From the NCBI RefSeq assembly GCF_036321535.1, contig NC_087443.1, forward strand, positions 18,290,001 to 18,354,000: a DNA stretch of 64,000 bases, written 5' to 3'. Position numbers and translations under genes: made by a program. The notes beneath the pieces were generated by a model. The model ran no database searches, was not told the DNA's origin, and was given only the letters and a program-made list of their open reading frames with translations. Of the stretch, positions 13,383-25,300 are shown piece by piece. The stretch is from Camelus dromedarius. Its lineage: Eukaryota. The stretch's first letter is position 1. Each line of letters opens with the position of its first letter.

Positions 13383-16300
13383 GTAAGCGATTGTGCACAG
13401 AGTGGGGCGCCCCATGCCTGCCGTCTCCTGTGGCCACTTCCCCGCCCTGGGCAGCCTTTGGGTGGAGGGATTGTGGGCACTTTTGATGGATATGATGGTG
13501 TGCCTGTGCCTGCCCCAGGGACAGTGATGGGCTCTTCTTTCTGAAGCCTTTCTCTTTGGTGATCAAGGATCAAAGTATGAGTTTGACCCCTGCCTCCTTG
13601 AGTCCACAGAAGCAGGAAAGTGTGACAGTGCCTGCTGGGACTCTGCAGAGATGGCATTTAATTTATTTAAAAACTAGGGGAGGTGGGTATAGCTTAGGGG
13701 TAGAGTGAATGCTTAGCATGCATGCGGTCCTGGGTTCAATCCCCAGTACCTCCATTAAATAAATGAAAGAAAGAGAGAAAGAGAGAAAGAAAGAAACCTA
13801 ATTACCCCACCACCAAAAAATAAAATAAAACAAAAAACTAGAGCAATACTAACACACTTTTACTGCATTAAACTGTTCAGAGGGGGAAAAAAACCCTCAA
13901 AACTGGTTTTGGGTTTTTATTGAAAAAAAAGGATACTTTATTGACATAATGATTTTTAACTCTGTCTATTTTTCTTTTATTTACTCCCTGTCTCATCATA
14001 AAAAACTGTTTGGGATCCTTTCCCAAATTCATTTCTGAACTAAAGAAAAGTATATTTTTCATTTTATCTTGCTTTTTGAGTCCTGAGTCCAAATTTTTTC
14101 TGGCTTTGGGCAGCCCCTATCTGCCAACATGAAGACAAACCAAGCCTCCTTGAAAGGGACTAGGTTTGCTGAGGTCCTGCCCCCTGGGGTCCTCCTAGCA
14201 GAGACCCTGAGAAAACAGTCAATACTGCCCACACCATCATTTTCCTCATTTAGATTTGATAATAAGAACAGTTTTGATAAAAAGCCATAATAATAACCAT
14301 AATGTGATTAATTTAATGTATCTGTGTGTCCTAACAATTTTACATTCACACCTATAAGCACAGTAAACGTGCAATGTTGACTCCTGCATTGTTAATGCCA
14401 TTAAGTTGTAAAATCACTTCCCTTGTCTGTTACCATCATCCCACGTCACACAGGGCCGCACACCAGAGCACCAGAGCGCGTTTTGCTCACCCAGGCCCTG
14501 GGTTGCTGAATGTGGGTCAGAGCACTGCCTGAGGAGTTTCTAGAGCCTCTCTGTCTAGTAGGGGAGCCACCAGCCACGTGTGGCTGCCGGGCACGTGACT
14601 TGTGCCTGGAGACGTGTGGTGAATATAAAAGATACTCCGAGTGGTAAACATTTCTTACAAAATGAAATAATGAACAAGACCTCATTAATAACTTTTACAT
14701 AGGTTACATGTTGACATGATAATATTTTAGATATATTGGGTGCAGTAAAATGTGTTATTAAAACAAATTTCCCCTGTCATTTTCCTTTGTCATGTGGCTA
14801 CTAGAACATTTGAAATGACATGTGTAGCTTGCATTTCATGTCTGTGGGACTGCACTGCCCTGCAGAGCCCAGCTTGCATGCAGGGAACTGTCCTCATCTT
14901 CTCTCTGCCACACCTCAGCCAAGCAACACCTCAGCCAAGGCACACACGGTGGCTTTCCCTTTATTCTGAGAGAAAGCGTTTGGGCAGAGTGTCCTCCCCG
15001 GGGCCCTCAGGATCTTACTCTCAGGACTGTCACCCTCATCCCTTGATCACACCTCCAGAAAGTCAGGATGGGGAAGAGGCAGGCACCTCTGGTACCTCTG
15101 GTGGTACCCACCTCCCACCAGCAGTCACCCCAGACCCTTGTATGAAGTAATATGGGGAAAAAAGCAAAAGTCTTTAAAGTGCCAATTATCCAAGCCCAAG
15201 GCAGTGACTCAGAAGTAAAGTACAGGGAGATTGTCGGGAAGTCTTATCTGTAATTGTGAAAGTGTGCAAACACCCTAGATGTACAATGATGGGGGCCCCT
15301 CTGTGAATTTCACTTCCTTCCCAGCCCCACCCCTATGCCTTCCAGAAGCACTGATAAGCAAAACCCTCTAGAAGCCTAAAGGGCGGGTGCCCGATGGCAA
15401 AGTCTAGTCCCTCGATGGCTTATACGTGGCTGGAAGGACATCTCCATTATACCCACTTTACGAATGAGGAAACTGTGGCCAGCAAGGCCAAACGCCTTAG
15501 CCAAAAGCCCCCACTTTCCAAAAGCCTGTATGTGTCTCTACCTTTTTAGGTCGGAGCTGTTAAGCCTGCTGAAAACCTACAACTGCTACCACGAGGGCAG
15601 AAGCTTTCAGCTGAGACACCGAGAAGTAAGGCCTATTTCTCTTCTTTCTCTTAGGGTCACCATTTATCCTGGCTGGCTGAAAAGACTCCTGTGTTACACC
15701 CATTAATCAAGGGTAATTCATAAGACTACCCCCTTCACTCTCAGAAGTGTCCCAGTTTGGATAATGAATTTTAAAGTCATCCATCCCCTGAGTTGGGGAC
15801 CAGGTTACCAGCCGCCAGGGTATCTCCTTTAAGGTTCCTGCAAGAGGTGCTGAGGGTTGGACCATCCCCGTGCAGAGCAGGTGGAAATCACCTTGTGCGC
15901 CTTCCCCTTCCACCTGAGACTTTGTCCAGGTGAAGGCCAGGACACTGAAGTTTGAATCTTTGAGGCTGCACAGCCCAGTCCTTCTGCTCATCCCACAGAA
16001 CAAATAAGGAATTCAGCCCAAGCTCACAGGGCAATCTAGGAGCGAAAGCAGAGCCTCTGTGATTGTCAACCAAGAGGAAAACATTGCGATAGAGGAGGAC
16101 TCCCTAAAAAGATGCTCCTGGGGCCAGGCGGTGCCAAACAGGAGCAGCAGGGTGGGCGTGGGAAGTGGAGGTCATCAGAGAGCTCAGGTCCCTTCTGCAG
16201 CCCACTGCTGCCTGTCCAATCAAACCCAGGTCAGCTTTGTAGGAATCTGGGCTCAGTATACCCAGACCCTTTCTGGTTTGTCTAAAGAAGCTAGATATCT

Positions 16301-19300
16301 AGTGTTTGATGTGGAATTTCCCAAGCCTCCAAATATCAGGTGGGCTAAACGTAACCCGTCTGTAGGCCAAACACAGCCCATGGGCACCAGCTGGACTCTA
16401 GGGAGTGGCCGGGAGGACCCAAGCTCAGAGACCAGGCAGATCACGTGGAGGCTTGGTCTTGCCACAATCCATAACCTGCAGACCTCTCCCATGGGAACCC
16501 TGGTCGGGCATTTGGAAAGCCAAATGGGGAGTTCTTATTCATGGTCAGGTTTTATTTGGGGGATTTCCATGGTTGCAATCAGGTTGGCTCTTGGACTCTC
16601 CCCAGCCCATCAGGGTCTGGCCAGGGCCAGCGGCCTCTGAGTTCCTCTTCTGCTGTTGAATGTGGAAATGGGCATTTCAAGCGCTGGCAACCCGCAGAGG
16701 CCTCCCGCAGGCAGAGACCACTCCGCTCACTGATCTCGCTTCCTTTATTTCCTCAAACAGCCACCCGTCCTTGTGGCATTAGCAGACCGGAGGGTGAACC
16801 CTGTCTAGGCAGCTCTGGGCAGCTGAGGGGTCACCAGTCAGCGACAGGAAGGAGAGCCAATGGGAATCCACCCACCAGATGACCTCAGTCAGCCAGGCCA
16901 GTGTCACGCAGTTCGAGAGCCTGGATAGGAGGGGGGTCTGCTAGCTCCTGGCCCAGGCAGTGCTGGGCTGCCTGTGACAACCTGGAATGGCACAGACCTC
17001 ACCTCTGCCTCCCCTTGACCCGCCCACCCTGCATGGGGCCGTGGGACCATTTCTGACAACGTACTTCTCTCTGCAGGGCAGCCTCTCTGACACCTGTCTC
17101 ACCCGCCCGCCCTGTCCCAGCTTCTTACTGCTGCAGGCAGGACTCTCATCCTGCTATCCTACTGTCTCTGACTTCGCTGTCTCTCTTCTTACTTGAGTGA
17201 TAAGCCCCTGGAGTCAGGCCTGAGTGCCCTCCGGGTTCCACATCCCCAGGGCTGGGCACAATGCCCATGCATAGGTGTTGGATAACTAACCAGCAGGTGC
17301 AGGCCTGGGGGCAGCGGGGATGAGGCCTGAGCTCCAGTGAGCTGGGCAGTTTTGATCTGTGCTGCTAAGTGAGGAGCTTGGCTCACTTCCCATCCTGAGC
17401 TGGAGACATGGGGTGGGGTCTTCTGGGTGGACCCTGCTCCTCAGGTCTGGGCCATTCAGGGATTGATCTAAGGCCTTGGTGGTTCTCAACCTGTGGTCCC
17501 CACACCAGCAGCTTCAGCATCACCTGGGAACTGGTTAGAACTGCGAGTCTTATCACCTTCCTTCCCCTAGGCCTGATGAATCAGAAACTCTTCATTCTCC
17601 CAGCTGTGTTTGAACAAGCCTTCCAGGGGATTCTGTTGAAGGCCAAGTTTGAGAACTGCGAGTCTAAGAGCTTGAACTTGGCACTTGGGATTCCCCAAAA
17701 CAATCCCCTCTGTAGGAACAGCCATGTGGGGAGAGGGACTGGGAAGCCCCAAACCTGTTTGTGTGATGGGACAGTCCACACATAAGAAGGGAGGACCGTG
17801 CAGCCCGGAGGAGTGTTCCCAGCAGCCCCCAGGGGGAGGAGGCTAACATCCCAGGAGGCTGGGCACAGGGATATTCATGTTCCCATCCCTAAAGGAGGTG
17901 TGAGGGTCTAACTTGATCTTCTTGGAGCCCAAAAGCACTTTTCAAGAAACTTCTGCAGCTTGAACAAAGTGTGCCAGCCTGAGGGACTGTGTGTCTTTGG
18001 GAGGTGACCACTGCCATAGAGACAGGCCACCAGCTTGGGAGTCAGGGAACTCTCAGGCCAAAATGTATGACTGGTTCCTGGGGCCCCATGTCTCTGGGTG
18101 ACCCACCCGCCACCCAGCGTCTGGGCCTCTGCAGTTCCCCCGATTGCTGACCTGGGACTCCCTGGGCCTGGGAGACTCACAGTTCTGGGCACTTGCTGCA
18201 GGGCAGCCCCAGACTCACCTCTCCTGGGGCACTGCAGGCCCTGAGGGCTGGGCACACAGGAGGAGCTGTGCCTCTTTTTATTTATTGTAATACAAGAGCT
18301 TTTTGATGGAGGAGCAACCATTTTCCAAACAGAAACTGAGACTTTTAAGGTCTCTGGTCCAAGATGGCACTGCCGGCAGTGAAAGACACTAGTGTGGCTC
18401 CAAGGCCCAGGCAGACGTGTGATAAATACAGCGATACCGTGGCCAGCATTAAGCTTTGGAGGTCTTGGCTATGGCGACTCAACAGGCCTCAGGGACGCAG
18501 AGGGCTGTCTGTCACCCTCGATCCCTAATGATCCCCAAGCTAAGCACTGGGGGCTCGGCACTGGGTGCGCCCTCCCAGAGCCACACAGGGCCCTGCAAGT
18601 AACCCCCTAACACCGCCCCATTGTCACGGACTGCCGTCAGCAGTCAGTCTGCTGCAGTTTGGGCCCCTTCTCCTCCACTGTCTCCTCTGGGGTCCATAGA
18701 ACAGAGAGGACATGTGTCCTGGGGTAAGCGTTTCCCTGTGAACTTTCCCTCAGCCTCTAAAGGGCTAGATGCCAGGGACTCCTGGCTCAGGAGGCCAAAG
18801 CACCAGCATCCTTCATTGTAAACCTGGCCTTTGAGATAATTTTGCTTGTTTTACAATGAAAAGTGTGAGCGACTGGGAGCAAGCCGTGCCTTTTGAAGAT
18901 AGCAAAGCATTTTAACCAGGCTGGTTTGGCGTCTGGAGAGAATAATGGACATGTAGAGATGCGTTGGGGTGGGGGGTGGTAAATATATCACTGTTGCCTA
19001 ATTGTGTGAGCAAAAGGCAGTAGGACCCTCGTGTGTGATGTGTGGCCCCTCCGAAGGCCAACCTCCCACCCTGCCCTGCACTCAGTTCTCAGCGGGCTCA
19101 AGGCTCCCCCTGGTGGCCCAAACACACACTACACCTGGACCTCAGTCCTGGACCTCAGCCCCAGGCGCAGTGTAAGGAAAGGCGCTTCCCTCTGCCGGGG
19201 TCTCTGTCTCTCCTCGGGGGCCGGAAAGTCAGGATCCCCTCCCCTAGTGTAATGACCACCCTTCTTGTAAGGCCTGAAGGCAGGAGTGACGGGGCTGACA

Positions 19301-22300
19301 GACCACTGGCCCACGGGTGAGTGCTGGGGTGTGTTCCCTGGAAGTTGCAGCGTGCTTTCCAGCTGCCGTTCCAGGCAGGAGGGGCACTTGTGTCTCTTCT
19401 CATACTCAGTGGTGGGTGGGAGGAGAACGAGACTGCTCCACAGGGCCCCGCCACGAAGACTTTCTGCTAGGCTGTTCTGTCCTCGGGAGCCTGGGACACT
19501 ACCAGAAGCCCCTCCCCCCAGCCCTTCATTTTTTTCTCTCTCTCTCTCTCTCTCTCTTTTTTAGGACACCTTCTGAAAGTGCGATTAGCCTCTTTCACAG
19601 GAGGGATATTAGCAGAGGAACCCAGAGCCCAGGGATCCCCAAATGCAAGTGTATGATTTCTGAGCTTGGCCAACGTCATCGTAGTTTCACACTGTTTCTC
19701 TGTGAGGCTGGCCCAGTAGGCCTGGCCCTTCCAATCACCAGCCGGGTGCCTGCTCAGTAGGTCAGCCCTCCTCACCACCTCCTAAGGATATTCTGGCCAA
19801 AGCCTGCCCCACACATATTGCTGGAGAAGGTCAGGACCCCACAGGTTTGAGCTGACCAGAGAGGTACAGCAGTTTGTGACAGCTGGCAAATTTGTGTACA
19901 GTGCTTTTAACTCCATCTCCAAGTTCATCTGTCCAGTTTCCCCAACCACTGTAGAGTACGAAGGACAAGCGTTGGTGTCCCCATTTTACAGATCAGGAAA
20001 CTGAGTACATTGCTTGTCTGAAACCTTGTCTTTTCAATGTACAGTTTACATTCTGCCTCCCCACAAAGCACACATAAAAGAGGACAGGTAAACACCACAA
20101 AAGTCCAAAGCAGTTTTTAGAATATTTTAAATAGAAAGAAAGAGAGAGAGAGGGAGGGAGGGAGGAAGGAAGGAAAGGGAAGCAAGGAAGGAAAGGAAAG
20201 AAGGAAAGGAGAGAAAGACAGAAAGAGAGAAAGACTTGGCCCAGGAGAACAGGGTGACAGGTCTCAGGTCTGACTCGATTCTCTGATGTCTCACCTGCCT
20301 CACCTGCCTCTCTGAGGAAGGAAACCCACCCCCTCCCAACTCCGCAACTCCCTGCTTGCCAGATGCCTCTGGGAACCGGGGTTTGTCAGGATGTGGGGAT
20401 CCAGGGCTCTGGAAGACCCATGAACATGTGGAGTGAGGCCCTAGCACCCGAACTTGCCCGAGAGCAGGGCCCCTGGACCACACCCTGCACTTCGCCCCAT
20501 GGCTGAGAGGGTGGAGGCAGGTGCAGGTGGGGATGGGTGAGGACGGGTCCGCCGTGTGGTACCCTGCAGGCTGAGCTGGTGCAGGGTCTGTCTCGGCCTC
20601 CAGCATGGGGAACTCTCCCAATGATACAACAGAACTTGTGAGCCGGAGCCACGGAGGTGCCCAAGGTTGCCCCAGTGACAGGCCCCCCCAAAACACGGCA
20701 GGGGAATTTTGCTGAGACCCCAGGTTTTCTCAGGGGCTCGTGGGAGTGAGGCCAAGAGGTTGACTTGGGGGTGCCCAGGGCTTTGCTCTGATCCTGGGGG
20801 CTGAGACCTTCGATTTGCCTCTCCCCACGCCTACCTTGTTTCCCCGCCTGTGACACAACCATGCAGACAATAACTACTCTATGTCTGGGCTCCTAACAAG
20901 CACCCCACGATGTGTGTGGGTTTTAGCCCATTTACTCGTCGGCACAGCCTAGGAGGCAGGTCCCATTCATTATCCCCGTTTTACCCATGAGAAAACCTAG
21001 GAACAGAGACATTAAATTACTCGCCCAAGGTGATCAGCTGGTCAGGGACAGCGCAGATGGGATGAGTAGCTAATTAACACCACATCATGTGAGATAATGA
21101 CATTATTCAGAGTAGGGGTCTCCCTACGAATTGCCAAATACAGCCCTTGCAGAGAGGCAGTTCTCTCCCAGAGCCCCGCCAGGAGCAGTGCCCACCTCAA
21201 CGGGAGGGTGGGGAGCTGACACAGACCTGGTGCGATTTACAGAAGCCTTTATTGGGGAGGGGTCACAGTTCATGGATCACTGGGAGGTGCAAATAGAGAG
21301 TTCTGAGGACGCTTCTGGGACGGGGGCTGGTGGGGGAGGCTGCATCCTGGCCACATTGCCTGGATGCCTGGGAACACTGACGCCAGTTCCTCGATGGTCT
21401 CCCCAGAGAGTGCCCTGGTGCCCTGGCATCACAGAGCCTCCCGCGGGGGGCCCCCTGGGCCTTGCCACTGTCCATCTGTCTGCATGAAGCCCAGGGGTCA
21501 GCCGAGGGTGCCGTACTCCTTGGCAGGTCCCTCCTACTTGGCCGCTTTTCCTGAGACTCCCCAAAGAGCCAGTCCAGGGGGTCAGCAGGGCTAGCCCCAG
21601 GCAGTGCGGGCTGCTGGCCGCTGAAGCGGGTGGTGATGTCCCGTAGGGACCCAGTGGGGCGGCTCTTCTCGCAGGAACGGGCTGGCCGGTGGGGTCTGCT
21701 GGGTCGGGCCCTGGCTGCGGCCTCATCCAGCACCGAGGTGGGCTGGGCTAGCTGACAGATGGACCTCACGTAGTCGTCCAGGCTGGGGGAGGCGGGGGGC
21801 TCCTCTCCAGGAACCCCAGGCAGCATCTCCTCCGAGGTCTCCCGAATCGTGGGCAGGTGGGCCACAGAAAGCAAAAGCCGGGACCTCATGGCTGCCGGCA
21901 ACGGGGAAGCAGCAACCTGTTGATTGACAGGGGACCAGGGGTGAGGGACTGCCGTACCATCCTGACACCCCTCCTGTGTCCCCTCCCCCATCTGAGCTGT
22001 CTGGGGGAAACATATGCCTGAGAGCGGTGTAAAGTCTACAGATCCAAGACCAGTCTCGAACTCCTGGACTCTTCCTTCCTGCCAACATTACTTAAGGCTC
22101 AATCATTACTGTTGTTTAAGACCCTGTTCAAATAAGAGAACCCAGCCCTAAGGGACAGTAGTCAGAGGAAATCTGCCTTTAAAACCAAGCTCTGCACTTC
22201 CTGACCTGGGGTCCTTTGGCAAAGTTCCGTCTCCAAGCCTCCGCTTACTCGTCCATAAAATGAGGTTATAAATCCCCACCTCTCGGGGGTGCTCGGAGAA

Positions 22301-25300
22301 ACATATGGAATGATACCTCATGTGAAAACCCTTTATAAATATAAAGCCCTCTGTAGCTTTAAGCTGCATTCTGGTCTCTAACCTGCAGTGAGGCTGTGCA
22401 CATCCAACGTTGAGAAGTGCCCTCAAAGGACTCTTACCTGTAGCGGAGGAGGTCTGGGGGTAGCTGGGAAGCTGGATGAGCAAGGAAGTCCCAGGAAACT
22501 CAGAGCAGAGGGATAGGGGTCCGGGAGCTGGAGCGCTGGGTCCAACGTCGGATTTCTGGGAGGAGGGCGAGGATGTAACCTCTGTCAGATGTGCTGGGGC
22601 CCAGGGTGGTCTCCTCCCTGAGCTGTCTGACGAATCCCGGGACCTGGCAGTTGCTTTTATACATTTCCACCCACAATCAGTTACTGTCATGAGGGCCAAA
22701 AATAGCAGTGCTCAGGAAGGCTCTCAGAAGAAAACAGCTTGGTGGGCGGGGTCTGGTCCAGCTGCCAGCTTGGAGCAAGTGTTTGTGCCTGTGGGAGGTT
22801 CTGGGAATGTTTACTCTGCAGAGTGAGGGTGGGGTGGCCACAACTCCTGCCACCTCAGGCCACTGGGAGAGGCGGGAGCTCCACCGGGCTCCCCCAAGCA
22901 GCCTCGGGGTCTGCCACCGTCACCTAGAAGGGCTCCCCACTACATCTTACACCAGCAGCCTGCAACCCCAGGACACCCTGGCCGGGTGTGAGCTCTGGCA
23001 GAGGCCTGGGCCTGCACCTGCAAGGCACTTTGCCAGACAGGGCAATGCAGGGCTCAGCCTGGGGGCGGCGGAGGCCGGGCTCCTGGGCCTGCTGGGAATC
23101 GAGATATACCCCCCTTCGTCTGGGACCAAGGGCAGCTTGCGGGGTCCTGGTCTCACTCCTTTCCAGATGTGGTGCTTTCAGATGAGAGCTGCTTTGTTTA
23201 TTTGCTTCCCAGGTGTCTAATTAGGACTCCTGTGCACCCGTGACTGTTCTAGGCACGGAGAATGAAGCAGTGAATGAAGTCACTGCGTCCTAGAGCTCAG
23301 CTTTTAGTGAGGAAGAGGATTAAGTACTCAGTGGCTCGGTGCTGTAATGTTGGGTACCAACCACAGCTGCACAGGGAAGGACAGCTGCCCTGTGGTGGAC
23401 AGGTCAGGAGTGTCTGCGCTAAGAGGGGACATTGAGCAGAGATCTGAGCAAATGAGTGTCGTGTGTTCCCCGTGGAGGGGTCAGCATGTTCAAAGCCACT
23501 GTGATGAGAGTGTCCTGGGCATGCTCGGGGGACAGCAAAGGGCCTGCATGATGGGCCCACGTAAGGAGTAGTCAGTGTGTCTTGGCGTGGACACTGGGTC
23601 TCCCTCTGAAGGGGCTGGAAGGACGTTGCAGGGTTCAAACAAGGATGCAAGAATCTAGCATCTGCTTCAAAGGATTGGAACTTAGCCGCTGTGCATGGGC
23701 CAAAAGGGGCAGCTAACAGGGAGACTGGGAAACACCTGGGCTGTGTTAGGCAGCCACTGCCAATGTCTGGGGTGAGTGTGTCAGCACAGGAGGCGGCTGA
23801 GGCCGAGCTGGGCAACCCTGGAAAGCTCTTGTAAAAGCCAGCGCTATGCACTTCTCAGACAGACCTCAGATCATCATCCGCCCAGCATGAGACCACCCAG
23901 GACATGTCTGTCTTGCCTCTGCAGGCAGTGGACAGAAAGCAGTCCCCGAGACAGCAATCCGAGCCTGAGGTCTGACTGCTGAGCAGACCCCACATGCCGA
24001 GGCAAAGCAGGAGGGCCTGGCAGTCCCACGTGCATGCCTTCTGGACGGGGTCTTCCTGATGGGCCAAGGATGGGGCCAACCAGTGATGGGGATTTCCGTT
24101 AGACATGAAATTCCTACCTTGATGGCTCTTCTATCTGGAAGCTTCTGTGCAGCCTGCGTCTGTTTCTCTGGCTCTCTTTGATTCATTAGCAACAAGCAAG
24201 TGAGCCAGTAGACTGCGTGGAGGAGGGAAGTGTTGGCTGGGTCAGTGAATTAGAGGGCCCAGGATGATTGCCTAACGTGTAGGATTTCCCGGACCTGTGT
24301 TTTTGTCATGTCCTTCCCCACCTGGAGGGTAAGGGCTGCCCAGTAGCCTAGGGGTGCCTCTCCTCTACCTTGGGCCTCCTCTGATTCGATCAGGGAATGC
24401 TGCAGGCAGACAGGGCAGCCCCTCCATTCTTATGAGGGCAGGCTGAGGGGTGCCAGAGCAGCAGTAGGGGGCTCAGATTAGGGGCACCCATGCTGAGTCA
24501 CATCAGGCCAGCCGATCCCCAGCACAGCTCAGCCTGGCCTTGGAGGCAGCAGCTCCCAGTCCCAGAGCAAGTCTTCCTGCCTCCTTCCTCCCTGCACAGC
24601 CCCCAGAACCTTCACATGGTATCTTTGAAGCCTGGCCTCAGCATGTCCAACCTCACTGCCCCTGCCCCAGAGGTGCCCCCTTTTCCTCCCCCTGAAACAT
24701 CAAATGGCCTGGAGCGGTGTCTGCTGCTTCTCCCTCCACCCAGAGTCCATCCTGGGGCTGGTGTCTATGAATAAACATGTGAATGAACACGGCAAGATGT
24801 TCCTGGTGGGGCAGAGGCTCTCTCTGGCGATGTATCGACATCTGACAGAGGTGTCTGAAGCCAAGACTGATAAAGAACTGAGCCCCACTTTGGGTTTTTT
24901 TACTCTTCCCACGAGACCTTTAACTCCACTGGATCAATCTAGTCTTTCCTTTCCAGGGAGGGTTAGTTACGTATCTGCGCCCATGGAGCATCAGAGGTTA
25001 TCAAAAATAGCTCTAGGGTCTTTTTGCTGTTTGTTTTCTTTTTTCGCAAATAGTGCAAGGCCATTCCAGAAAGCGATGTGTGTTTTTGATACCCTTGAAC
25101 AGAGCACTGTTTTCTCTGTGGATAGCAGGGTGTTTTAAACTCTTACTAACTAACCGTGAAATTGACACTGCAGGACACCTCTGTAAGCACTGCCAGGGAC
25201 ATAAAGCTTTCCAGAAGGTCTCTGTTCTCACAGTGTTTTCAGTGCCAGCCAGGAGAAAGAAATGGAATTTGTTATTTTTATTTTTATTTATTTTTTTATT

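Noticed and set aside
12922-13566. 214-aa minus-strand ORF
   Set aside because: Antisense to the RASSF4 exon and running through the G-rich tract; low-complexity Pro-rich product.
13678-13760. tRNA gene (also at 45735-45815)
   Set aside because: tRNA-like head with A/B boxes, but it has an A-rich tail and TSD and no cloverleaf acceptor stem: a SINE.
21890-21991. 34-aa N-terminal extension of DEPP1 in the ORF track
   Set aside because: It crosses the splice acceptor at 21916/21917, so the upstream ATG is intronic.
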